Positions 31,139-40,475 of a stretch of 64,000 nt of DNA are shown here, in pieces. The position numbers and the translations under genes are program-made. The stretch is taken from the NCBI GenBank assembly GCA_036918135.1, contig JBALDB010000028.1, positions 160,001-224,000 on the forward strand. The letters are read 5' to 3'. This DNA is from Nostoc sp. (lineage in GTDB: Bacteria; Cyanobacteriota; Cyanobacteriia; Cyanobacteriales; Nostocaceae). The notes below the pieces were generated by a model, which saw only the letters and a program-made list of their open reading frames with translations, was not told where the DNA came from and did not search any database. Numbering within the stretch: the stretch's first letter is position 1; every line of letters starts with the position of its first letter.

Positions 31139-31489
31139 CTACGAATAAAGACTTTCAGCTTTACAATATATTTTTTTAGGCGGTTCGCTGAAGTATTTTA
31201 ATAATGCTGGACATAGCCAACCTTCCAAGTTGTTTTTACTCCAGTAATACCAATGACCGTTATACTCTGCTCTCAACCAAATTAGTTCAGCTTGATAACC
31301 AGGAAACGGATTTGCAGAAAATAAAAGTTTAAAGCCTTCATCAATATTAGCAATATCCTCAACCAAAATATCGATCATTTCGGGTATACCACTGACAAAT
31401 GGTTCTTGGATTAGTTCCATCCGTTCATCATCAAATACCCATGTTTGATTATGTTTATATGGGAAAATTACCATCATTGAATTAGTCAT
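31139..31489 (-). CDS. Conserved hypothetical protein (DUF6717-like)
   Basis: IFPYK..WVFDD..EPFVSGIPEMID..FSANPFPG..GWLCPALLKYF. Confidence 0.75.
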   Translation of the reverse strand: MTNSMMVIFPYKHNQTWVFDDERMELIQEPFVSGIPEMIDILVEDIANIDEGFKLLFSANPFPGYQAELIWLRAEYNGHWYYWSKNNLEGWLCPALLKYFSEPPKKIYCKAESLYS

Positions 31490-31685
31490 CAGTCATTGTT
31501 TATAAATCGCTGTCATATAAGTTTATGTAAAACATTGTTAAACTAAATATTTTGCATAACGAAGAAGTTAATAAGGTAACATGAGGCAGCACTTACTAAG
31601 AGAATAGCGCAAATTTATCAAAAATTTAGCTAATTTTCCGTAAAAAGCTTATTCTATAAAGCTATTGGGAGCAAATACTTTAATC

Positions 31686-32474
31686 ATGTCCCGTTTACTT
31701 GCCTACCTCGGTTCGCCTATTTCTCTGGAATATCTTCTGTATAAACCAGAACATTCATTGATAGTCCAGAGTTATCAACCCTGCGAAATGACTTCTGGGA
31801 TAGTAAATGCAGATGGCTTTGGTGTAGGTTGGTATCATAGTCAAAAAGATATCGAACCTTTTACCTACAAAAATACTCTACCTATTTGGAATGACATCAA
31901 CCTACCCAGTCTCAGCCGTTACATTGAATCAAAGTGTTTACTTGCTTATATCCGTAGCGCCACACCAGGCCAAGCTGTAGATTTTGCTAATTGTCAGCCG
32001 TTTAACTATCAACAATTACTATTCATTCACAACGGCCAAATTGATAATTTCCGCAAAACATTACATAGAAAAATCCGCAGTACTTTAACTCCCGATTTTT
32101 ATGAAATAATTAATGGTACTACTGACTCCGAACACATTTTTGCATTGTTACTTTCACACAATCAAATTAACAAGCATCGACCTCTAGAATATGTTTTACG
32201 TACCACATTATTAACGCTCTTAGAGATGGCAAAACGCTATCAAATACAAGCCTCACTCAATGTCATCTTTAGTGACGGACATCGCCTTATAGCCTCTCGC
32301 GTTGCTACCAGTTCACCGATGCCATCTCTTTACTGGATACGAGACGATCCGACTTTTCCCAAATCTGTTATCATTGCATCCGAACCTCTATTTATAGGTA
32401 ATTGGATTGCTTGTCCAGAAAATAGCATTATTAGTGTCGGAGAAGATTGTGATATCCAGATTGAGCAAATCTAG
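31686..32474 (+). CDS. egtC: EgtC-like class II glutamine amidotransferase (Ntn hydrolase)
   Basis: M-S-RLLAYLG, NADGFGVGWY, IRSAT, NCQPF, HNG, GTTDSE, IASEPL; ATG at 31686. Confidence 0.8.
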   Translation: MSRLLAYLGSPISLEYLLYKPEHSLIVQSYQPCEMTSGIVNADGFGVGWYHSQKDIEPFTYKNTLPIWNDINLPSLSRYIESKCLLAYIRSATPGQAVDFANCQPFNYQQLLFIHNGQIDNFRKTLHRKIRSTLTPDFYEIINGTTDSEHIFALLLSHNQINKHRPLEYVLRTTLLTLLEMAKRYQIQASLNVIFSDGHRLIASRVATSSPMPSLYWIRDDPTFPKSVIIASEPLFIGNWIACPENSIISVGEDCDIQIEQI

Positions 32475-32549
32475 TGTAAAAGAGGCTATTTTTAAATCAT
32501 CCATGTTTTCTATATGTACGAACTTTTTTTAGGCAATCAATGGTAGGAA

Positions 32550-34010
32550 TTACTTCTTATTCAAGAGGGCAAAATCGTAACCAGTCCCAGAAGAACAACG
32601 CTCGCAACGCTCAACTTTGACTAGCAAAGCTTCTCCTTGACGCTCGCCTGAAGGTGAAAACATAATCATTCCTGTAGCTCCAGAAGTTGAAAAATCAGGA
32701 TTAGACAGTACTTTTTGCAAGCCTTCGCGGGTGTTATCTCGTTTCAAACCAGTGATAATTACTTGCATCGCATCATAAGCTCCCGCTGTCCTCTGATTTA
32801 CCCGTGCATTCCAAAGCCGAAAAGCATTTTCTGCAAATGGATTATTTTTATTTGCATCACGGTGCCAATATACAGGTAATACCATTCCTTCAACATCTTT
32901 GCCGTTTTGTAAAGTTGTTGCACTGTACATAATTTCAGAAGCAAACAGTGGTTTTCTGCCTTTAATCTCTTGTGCAACTTTAGTGGCGAAATATATATTT
33001 CTGATTGAAGGTATTAGTAAAAAGCCATTAGCGTTTTCTGTTTCTATAGCTTTATCCACAAAAGCTTTCGGGTCAAAATTTTTATCTGCTAAATTGCAAG
33101 GCGTACTAATAACTTTACTGCCATATTTTTCCAGCGCTTGACTGTACTGTTCTACAAGTACTGGATTAGATGAAGAAGTTGAATTATTTACTGAGCTAAG
33201 ATAATCACCACAAATAGCAATGTTTCTTGCTTGTCGAGCAATATAGCGAGCATGAGTATCTACTAAATTCTCATATAGCGGATTTACATGAAATAAGTAA
33301 TTATTTTTGTCAGTATTCTGCTGACTATTTACTAAATTTTGCTCTAAGTTTTTTGGATTTTCAACTTGAGTGGGGCGCTCTACAGGAAAGACTAATACCA
33401 AACCTTTCTGATTATAAACTGGGGCATCTTGTCTCACACCCACTGTAGCTACAAGGCTCTTATCTTCAACTAATTCATTATCTAGCTTGGGAAAATCTTC
33501 TTGATTTTCAACACTTGCAATTACAACTTGCAATTTCTTTCCATTAATTCCGCCTTGCTGATTAACTTCATTTTGAGCTTGAGCTACGCCACGTAAAATT
33601 TCTTCTGCTAAATTAGCATCAAAGTTAAATGGTGCAATCACAGCAACTTTTAATATTTCTGAATTATCTCGCGCAATTTTTGCATTGTTTAAATAAATTA
33701 AAGTTTCTGGATCGTTGGGATTATTCTTCAAAGATGTAGTAAATTTTTCTACAGCGGTGGAGAAATCTTTTTCTCCAAAAGCTTTAACTCCATCAGTTTT
33801 CTCAGGGGAAGTTTGTAGTTTTACCAAAATCCTTGCACCCAAATTTATTAATGAAGGTTTATTTGGTAATGAAGATGAAGTTGATATGGGGTTTGATGAT
33901 GGTATGATAGTAGAAGAAAGTTTATTAATTAACCAAAAAATAACTGCTACCATTATTCCAGCTATTCCCAAAGAAATAAGCAGTCTCAAGTTTTCTTTTT
34001 TATTTGTCAT
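32550..34010 (-). CDS. Membrane-anchored TPR + periplasmic binding (ABC substrate-binding-like) protein
   Basis: N-terminal TM, NDPETLIYLNNA, EEILRGVAQAQ, GGINGK, RTAGAYDA, GATG..F..SGER. Confidence 0.85.
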   Translation of the reverse strand: MTNKKENLRLLISLGIAGIMVAVIFWLINKLSSTIIPSSNPISTSSSLPNKPSLINLGARILVKLQTSPEKTDGVKAFGEKDFSTAVEKFTTSLKNNPNDPETLIYLNNAKIARDNSEILKVAVIAPFNFDANLAEEILRGVAQAQNEVNQQGGINGKKLQVVIASVENQEDFPKLDNELVEDKSLVATVGVRQDAPVYNQKGLVLVFPVERPTQVENPKNLEQNLVNSQQNTDKNNYLFHVNPLYENLVDTHARYIARQARNIAICGDYLSSVNNSTSSSNPVLVEQYSQALEKYGSKVISTPCNLADKNFDPKAFVDKAIETENANGFLLIPSIRNIYFATKVAQEIKGRKPLFASEIMYSATTLQNGKDVEGMVLPVYWHRDANKNNPFAENAFRLWNARVNQRTAGAYDAMQVIITGLKRDNTREGLQKVLSNPDFSTSGATGMIMFSPSGERQGEALLVKVERCERCSSGTGYDFALLNKK

Positions 34011-34155
34011 GAATAATTCACCAATTTATACAAAGTTGTTAAAAAATGAAGCTAGAGTCATAATTATCAATCAAGAAAGTTAAATAATAAAAGAAATTTG
34101 TCTAAATATATTATAACTGGATGATAATATTAGTGACTTTTTATTGCTAATTTTA

Positions 34156-35520
34156 TTAAAAGTATTGAGAAATAATTTTGTTGATAATTTCAGATATACC
34201 CATAATAATAACTGTCAAAAAACCAGCGAGAAGAATCAGCAAGACTACAAGCAAAAGTCCATTAATTCCAAATTGAAGAAGATTCTGAGTTAGCAAATTT
34301 TTGAAACTTAAGACAACAAGTAAGTTGGCTATAATAGCAATAATAATTAAATAAGTTTTTTCTACTAATGAGCGAGATTGAATAAATACTAACACTCCGA
34401 AAATTAGTAACCATAATCCTGAGCTAATCCAAGTAGTTCCGATAAAACTAATCAGAGCGATCGCTAAGAACGAACTACCACTTCCAGCAATTATTGCTGC
34501 TAACAATAATCTATTATTAGATAATAGTGGTAATCCAGTTGTTTTGTGTTGAACTTGTGGTTGTACTTCTAATAACCGGGAAGGCGAAAGGACTGTAGGA
34601 GGTAATATATGTCTTAAAGTTGGTAAATTGCTCAAATCTTGTAATACAGCCTGTGCAGACTGATAACGCTGTTCGTTATTTTCTTGTAGTAACTTATTAA
34701 TAATTAGCTCTAATTCATGACTTATTTGTTGCTTTAAATGCTGTTGCCAATTAGAAGTCCAACTATAGCCTTGTTTTATCCACAAAGTCGATGGAGAAAT
34801 ATTAGTCAATAAATGAAAGCAAGTTATTCCTAAACTGTAAATATCGCTAGACGGAAAAACTTTACCCAATTGCATTTGCTCGATGGGTGCATAACCTAAT
34901 GAACCAATAATTGTCCCCAGTGCAGTGTTTGAATCCTTCTTTTGCTTTGACACTCCAAAATCAATTAGTACTAACTTTTTATCGCTGTGACGACGAATAA
35001 TATTTTCTGGCTTAATATCTCGATGAATTATCTCCTGTTCGTGTATCGCTACCAGTATAGATAATAAATCATTTAAAAAATATCGAATCTTAGCTTCATC
35101 AAAAACCCCCTGCTGTTTTAACTCCTGTAACAGATTTTCTCCATCGATAAATTGCTGCACTAAATATAGATATTCACCTTCCTTAAAATATGCATATAAA
35201 TTGGGAATTTGTGGATGTTGCCCTAGTTCTCTGAGACGTTTAGCCTCTCGCTCAAACAACTCAGTTGCTTTTTTATGGGTGTCAGTACCTTGAGAGCTAT
35301 AAAATTGACTTAAAACTAATTGCTTAACAACACATTGTTCATTGAGCTTGTCTATATCTTCTGCGATATATGTGCGTGCAAACCCTCCTCTTCCTAATGG
35401 TGCGCTAATCTGATAACGATTTCTCAGCAGGGGTATCAACTTTGTCCCGCAACTGAGACAAAAATTTGTTCCGTCAGAATTTTGGGGATTCTCGCAATTA
35501 GGATTTAGGCAGCAGATCAT
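34156..35520 (-). CDS. Ser/Thr protein kinase with N-terminal 4-Cys motif and C-terminal TM helices
   Basis: CCLNPNC..FCLSCG, LGRGGFART, VVKQ, HRDIKPEN, LIDFG, GYAPIEQ, SDIYSLG. Confidence 0.93.
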   Translation of the reverse strand: MICCLNPNCENPQNSDGTNFCLSCGTKLIPLLRNRYQISAPLGRGGFARTYIAEDIDKLNEQCVVKQLVLSQFYSSQGTDTHKKATELFEREAKRLRELGQHPQIPNLYAYFKEGEYLYLVQQFIDGENLLQELKQQGVFDEAKIRYFLNDLLSILVAIHEQEIIHRDIKPENIIRRHSDKKLVLIDFGVSKQKKDSNTALGTIIGSLGYAPIEQMQLGKVFPSSDIYSLGITCFHLLTNISPSTLWIKQGYSWTSNWQQHLKQQISHELELIINKLLQENNEQRYQSAQAVLQDLSNLPTLRHILPPTVLSPSRLLEVQPQVQHKTTGLPLLSNNRLLLAAIIAGSGSSFLAIALISFIGTTWISSGLWLLIFGVLVFIQSRSLVEKTYLIIIAIIANLLVVLSFKNLLTQNLLQFGINGLLLVVLLILLAGFLTVIIMGISEIINKIISQYF

Positions 35521-35962
35521 AATAATTATTTTATCGCTGTCATTTGATTAATTTTTAAAATATATCTTAAATTTATACCGGTTCTTCAGTAGAAACTTTG
35601 TGCTGCAACGTTTCTATATGAATAACAGATCGCACTCTTGCTTATTCATCAACCCAGACAAGCACAACCACCTGCTCAAACAGATTGCCTGTAATCGATA
35701 CCAAGATTAATGTCTACTAGTTAATAAATAGCCTGATAAACTAACTTGCTGCTAACAGAAGCTTTTTTCTCATCCCATTCACGTCGTAATTACCGTACAT
35801 CCGTCATTGTCACCTCGATCCAACTCTCCGCAATTGTGACAATTACGCTAGAATTATTAAAGGTTCTTTACAGAATTTGCCGTTCGCTCCCAATTCTGTT
35901 ACAAAAGCCTAGCATTCAAATGTAAATCTAAAAACCCCCTGTAAAGTTCACCAAAAGCTTCT

Positions 35963-37753
35963 ATGACGCTCCCAATTCGCAACGTCGCCATTATCGCCCA
36001 CGTTGACCACGGCAAAACTACCCTGGTTGATGCGCTCCTCAAACAGTCCGGCATTTTCCGTGAAGGTGAAGACGTTCCGGATTGCGTTATGGACTCCAAC
36101 GCCCTAGAACGGGAGCGGGGAATTACAATCTTATCTAAAAACACAGCGGTTCGCTACAAAGAAACGCTGATTAATATTGTTGATACACCTGGACACGCTG
36201 ACTTCGGTGGCGAAGTAGAACGAGTACTCGGCATGGTTGACGGATGTCTTCTGATTGTCGATGCTAACGAAGGCCCCATGCCTCAAACCCGCTTTGTACT
36301 CAAAAAAGCTTTAGAAAAAGGACTGCGCCCCATTGTTGTCGTCAACAAAATCGACCGTCCCCAAGCCGATCCTTACGGTGCAATTGATAAAGTATTGGAT
36401 CTGTTCTTGGAATTAGGCGCAGATGAAGACCAATGTGATTTTACCTATCTGTTTGCCTCCGGTCTGGCAGGTTACGCCAAAAAAGACTTGGATACAGAAG
36501 CAGTAGACATGCAGCCTTTATTTGAAGCGATTCTCCAGCATGTTCCACCACCTGTAGGCGACATCAATAAGCCTTTGCAATTACAAGTCACAACCCTGGA
36601 TTATTCTGAATATCTCGGACGAATTGTGATTGGCAGGATTCACAACGGTGTAATTCGCGCCGGACAACAAGCAGCACTGGTTACAGAAAGTGGCAAGATT
36701 GTTAAGTCTAAAATCAGTAAGTTGCTAGGTTTTGAAGGGCTAAAGCGGGTGGAGATGGAAGAAGCATCCGCAGGTTATATTGTGGCTGTTGCTGGTTTTG
36801 CAGATGCCAACATTGGCGAAACAATTACAGACCCCAATGAACCGCAAGCTCTGCCATTAATTAAAGTAGATGAGCCAACCTTGCAAATGACCTTCTCAGT
36901 GAACGATTCACCTTTTGCAGGTCAAGAAGGCAAGTTGGTGACATCAAGACAAGTGCGCGATCGCTTGTTTCGCGAATTAGAAACCAACGTTGCTTTACGG
37001 GTTGAAGAAACCGATTCTCCTGATAAATTCCTCGTTTCCGGTCGTGGCGAATTGCACTTGGGTATCTTAATTGAAACCATGCGCCGCGAAGGCTTCGAGT
37101 TTCAAGTATCTCAGCCACAGGTAATTTACCGCGAAGTTAACGGTCAACCTTGCGAACCTTATGAACTATTGGTGTTAGATGTACCTGCTGATGCTGTGGG
37201 TAGCTGTATCGAACGCCTGGGACAACGCAAAGGTGAAATGCAAGATATGCAACCGGGTAGTGGCGATCGCACTCAGTTAGAGTTTGTCATCCCCGCCCGT
37301 GGTTTGATTGGTTTCCGAGGTGAATTCATGCGGATGACTCGTGGTGAAGGTATCATGAACCACAGTTTTCTAGACTACCGTCAACTCAGTGGTGACATTG
37401 AAGCCCGTAACAAAGGCGTTTTAATCTCCTTTGAAGAAGGCGTTGCTACCTTCTACGCCATGAGGAATGCCGAAGACAGAGGATCGTTCTTTATCACTCC
37501 TGGTACTAAAGTTTACAGAGGTATGATTGTAGGCGAACACAATCGTCCTCAAGACTTGGAACTGAATGTCTGTAAAACCAAGCAGCTAACCAACCACCGC
37601 GCTGCTGGTGGTGATGAACTAGTGCAGTTGCAAGCACCAATAGAAATGAGCCTAGAACGTGCTTTAGAGTACATCGGGCCAGATGAATTAGTGGAAGTTA
37701 CACCGCAATCGATTCGTCTGCGGAAGATGGCGAAGAAGTTAGCGAAACGGTAA
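35963..37753 (+). CDS. typA: Translational GTPase TypA/BipA
   Basis: [49 protein letters not shown]. Confidence 0.98.
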   Translation: MTLPIRNVAIIAHVDHGKTTLVDALLKQSGIFREGEDVPDCVMDSNALERERGITILSKNTAVRYKETLINIVDTPGHADFGGEVERVLGMVDGCLLIVDANEGPMPQTRFVLKKALEKGLRPIVVVNKIDRPQADPYGAIDKVLDLFLELGADEDQCDFTYLFASGLAGYAKKDLDTEAVDMQPLFEAILQHVPPPVGDINKPLQLQVTTLDYSEYLGRIVIGRIHNGVIRAGQQAALVTESGKIVKSKISKLLGFEGLKRVEMEEASAGYIVAVAGFADANIGETITDPNEPQALPLIKVDEPTLQMTFSVNDSPFAGQEGKLVTSRQVRDRLFRELETNVALRVEETDSPDKFLVSGRGELHLGILIETMRREGFEFQVSQPQVIYREVNGQPCEPYELLVLDVPADAVGSCIERLGQRKGEMQDMQPGSGDRTQLEFVIPARGLIGFRGEFMRMTRGEGIMNHSFLDYRQLSGDIEARNKGVLISFEEGVATFYAMRNAEDRGSFFITPGTKVYRGMIVGEHNRPQDLELNVCKTKQLTNHRAAGGDELVQLQAPIEMSLERALEYIGPDELVEVTPQSIRLRKMAKKLAKR

Positions 37754-37777
37754 GTAAAACCATAACTTAATTAGTTT

Positions 37778-37810
37778 AAAAAGCCTACATCAGTGGGCTT
37801 TTTATTTTTT
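37778..37810 (+). terminator. typA terminator
   Basis: AAAAAGCCTA..TGGGCTTTTT followed by a T tract. Confidence 0.7.
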
Positions 37811-37860
37811 ATTACAAAAATTATGGCTAAAATTGTCCTAGATAGCCCAGTAGTAGCCAC

Positions 37861-38170
37861 ATGACAAGTCTAAAACTACTTTAGTAGAAAGCTCGAAAAT
37901 CTCCGTCTTTACCAGGAATTTCAAGAAATTGGTTTTGATTACATCCTCAATCCAAACACTGGTGAACTACATCGTGTCGGTTGGGATGGTTTTTGGGGTT
38001 CCCATAACCTTGCGTATGCAGATCTGAGTAACTTTATTGGTCTTACTAATGTTGGGGTTGTTCCAGTTCACATTTTTCGTGATGGGAAAAGTCTTCCAAT
38101 ATACGACCTGGAGACTGGCGAACTTATTGCAAATTATGTTCTCAATAAATGCCAATACTGCTTTTCATAG
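37861..38170 (+). pseudogene. Frameshifted hypothetical gene (~102 aa if one A is removed at 37872-37875)
   Basis: ATG 37861 is out of frame with a 99-codon open frame 37874-38170 (NYFSRKLENL...YILNPNTGELHRV...NKCQYCFS*). Confidence 0.55.
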
Positions 38171-38223
38171 TAGGTCGGATTCCTAAGCATTGAGCTTACA
38201 TAAGTATGTAGGCTGGCAGTTAT

Positions 38224-38601
38224 ATGTACCGGATAGTTAATATGGCAAGCAAGATGATCAGATTCGTTTATAACAATAAGACAAAAAAGCTTGAACCTAA
38301 AGAAGTTGGATGGATTAACTTTTTAAATCCTTTGACTCCATATATGGATTTATGGGAAGGAATTAAATATATTGTGGATCGTTTCAGTTCACCAGGTAGT
38401 TTATCTCAAGACGATGCTGAGAATATAAAAAAGATCCTTGAGGAAGGACGTAATCAAAAAGTTGACGAAATGGAAATTGAGATGAGTCGTGATATTGCTA
38501 CTGGTCTTAGCATAAATGGTATAGAGGGTGCTGACATTACATTTGGAAGTAAAGGAAAAACCAAGTATGTTATGAAAATTAAATATAAATATGATGACTA
38601 A
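38224..38601 (+). CDS. Hypothetical protein
   Basis: 125-aa ORF, AT-rich, protein-like. Confidence 0.7.
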   Translation: MYRIVNMASKMIRFVYNNKTKKLEPKEVGWINFLNPLTPYMDLWEGIKYIVDRFSSPGSLSQDDAENIKKILEEGRNQKVDEMEIEMSRDIATGLSINGIEGADITFGSKGKTKYVMKIKYKYDD

Positions 38602-38658
38602 ATAGACTTCCCACTTAAGTCAATTTTTTACTGGAGATGGCACAGCCTAACAAATCAA

Positions 38659-38784
38659 TTATTTTACCAGCCTAATCGGTTACCAGATTTGTTAAGAGGC
38701 CAAGATATATTACCAGTGTTAGAAGATATGAATCTCACACTCTCTGTTGATGAAATTTTTGCTTGGTCACAGCGGAAAAATTGA
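38659..38784 (+). pseudogene. 3' remnant of a Uma2-family endonuclease gene
   Basis: LFYQPNRLPDLLRGQDILPVLEDMNLTLSVDEIFAWSQRKN* resembles cyanobacterial Uma2 C-termini; no start codon. Confidence 0.6.
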
Positions 38785-38940
38785 CATTATTCCTTTTGAG
38801 TCGGCGATGCAATTACTATCCAACAGGCATTCTTACAGAAAGCGATCGCCAATTATCACCATAGAATTACAGTTGTAAGTCACTGATCGCAAGCACCGCA
38901 GTTCTTGAGGCGCATGGTGAAAATCCAGTAAAATCAAGGT

Positions 38941-39234
38941 ATGAAATTCGAGTGGGATGAGCAAAAGAATCAAGCAAATATTGCAAAGCATGGACTTGAT
39001 TTTGCAGACACGCCCAGAATGTTCAATCTACCACTCCGTATTTCTCTAGATGAACGTCAAGACTATGGCGAGGATCGATGGATTGGACTGGGAATACTTG
39101 ATGGGCGTGTTGTAGTTGTAGTTTTTACAGAACCAGACGAGCAAACAATCCGAATTATTTCACTTCGCAAAGCTCTGCCTTATGAACGAAAACGCTATGA
39201 ACAATTCCTCAAAGACGAACTGGGACAAAGTTGA
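38941..39234 (+). CDS. BrnT family toxin
   Basis: MKFEWDEQKNQANIAKHGLDF, DYGEDRW, IRIISLRKA. Confidence 0.92.
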   Translation: MKFEWDEQKNQANIAKHGLDFADTPRMFNLPLRISLDERQDYGEDRWIGLGILDGRVVVVVFTEPDEQTIRIISLRKALPYERKRYEQFLKDELGQS

Positions 39235-39448
39235 CTCCCTCACAGAGGATGAAATCGATACATCTGATATTCCTCCGTTAACCGAGGAGTTTTTCGATAA
39301 GTCACGGTGGTGGAAACCTGTAACACCAATGAATGTTCTTGTCCAAGTAGATCCCGACACGCTGGCCTGGTTCCAATCTCAAGGTGAGGATTATGAAAAG
39401 AAAATGGCTGCGGCACTACGGATTTATGCAGAGGCTCACAAGGTGTAG
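39182..39448 (+). CDS. BrnA family antitoxin
   Basis: SKTNW, IDTSDIPPLTEEFF, VDPDTLAWFQSQG; overlaps brnT. Confidence 0.9.
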   Translation: MNENAMNNSSKTNWDKVDSLTEDEIDTSDIPPLTEEFFDKSRWWKPVTPMNVLVQVDPDTLAWFQSQGEDYEKKMAAALRIYAEAHKV

Positions 39449-39492
39449 TCTTAAAACTAATCTCATTAGCAGAATGTTATCTGAATAAACAA

Positions 39493-39789
39493 GTGCCTCG
39501 CAGTGATATTGACCGTATCAGAGAAAACATTAGACTCCGCCAATACGACATGTCAGCCCATGCAATGGAAGAAATGGCTGAGGATATGCTGACAATTTTA
39601 GATGTGGAAGAGGCTGTTCTGACAGGTCAAGTCATCCGGGTTGAAAAAGACGATCCCAGAGGAACAAAATATATAGTAGTGGGAACTGCATTAGATCGAC
39701 AAACGCCTGTTGGGATTGTTGGGCGTTTCGCAAGTAGCGGACGTTATCTAATTATCACTGTTTATGAAGTCACAGAAGCTCAAGGTTAG
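39493..39789 (+). CDS. DUF4258 family protein (putative RelE-like toxin)
   Basis: SAHAMEEMAED, DVEEAVLTG, DDPRG, IITVYE. Confidence 0.82.
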   Translation: MPRSDIDRIRENIRLRQYDMSAHAMEEMAEDMLTILDVEEAVLTGQVIRVEKDDPRGTKYIVVGTALDRQTPVGIVGRFASSGRYLIITVYEVTEAQG

Positions 39790-39793
39790 TCGT

Positions 39794-40036
39794 ATGTATG
39801 GATATAGATGCGAGTATTGTGAAGGAACCGTTCAACCCCGAACTGTTAAGCGCGAGGCATTTAAACATAGAGATGGATTTGTCATTCTCGAAGATGTGAC
39901 CATTGGTGTTTGTGATACCTGTGGTAATCGCTACTACAGTGCCGATATTCTGCATGTGGTTCATGCTGTTGCAACTGGAGCCAAACCCCCTGAAAGAACC
40001 GAACAAATTCCGGTCACTCATGTAGAATCAGCATAA
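39794..40036 (+). CDS. YgiT-type zinc finger protein (MqsA-like antitoxin N-domain)
   Basis: CEYCEG...VCDTCGNRYY; immediately downstream of DUF4258. Confidence 0.82.
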   Translation: MYGYRCEYCEGTVQPRTVKREAFKHRDGFVILEDVTIGVCDTCGNRYYSADILHVVHAVATGAKPPERTEQIPVTHVESA

Positions 40037-40190
40037 TTAGCGCCGCGTAACTTGAGATCCTTGAGTTATCGCTTATGTTCGTTTTTTTCTTTGTGAATTA
40101 TATCAATATCAAGCTACGATGATCAGCGATCGCTTTCGTGTATAGCAGTTTTTATTTAGATGAAATACGCTTCAACCCCTCCCCACAAGC

Positions 40191-40368
40191 GGCTACTGTG
40201 TACACACAAGTTTTATAAAGTTGCTGCGTAGCGTAACGTGAGTGAATTTTTATAAGCCGATGCATTAACAGTGTAGGTCAATGCATTAGCAGTGTAGGTC
40301 GATGCATTAACAGTGCAGGTCGATGCATTAGCAGTGCAGGTCAACACAGTTGTGTGTACACCGTAGCC
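40191..40368. mobile_element. 178-bp MITE with TIRs and 6-bp target duplication
   Basis: GGCTACTGTGTACACACAA ... TTGTGTGTACACCGTAGCC; ACAAGC flanks both sides (40185-40190, 40369-40374). Confidence 0.85.
40259..40342. repeat. 4 x 21-bp tandem repeat inside the MITE
   Basis: Unit RATGCATTARCAGTGYAGGTC. Confidence 0.95.
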
Positions 40369-40475
40369 ACAAGCAAACAGGGGAGGTTTGCGTAAGCAAA
40401 TGTCTGGTGGGGTGACGACTGTATCGCAACGAACTATATAACCGCTATAATTCTAGATTTTCAATACACTAACAG

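Noticed and set aside
37967..38155. 62-aa minus-strand ORF
   Set aside because: Antisense shadow of the more protein-like frameshifted plus-strand frame
38636..38660. Integron attC site (GCCTAAC after a cassette-like gene)
   Set aside because: Only the inverse-core-like heptamer is visible; no matching GTTRRRY arm and no integrase
40259..40342. CRISPR array
   Set aside because: Contiguous 21-bp tandem units with no spacers, located inside a MITE
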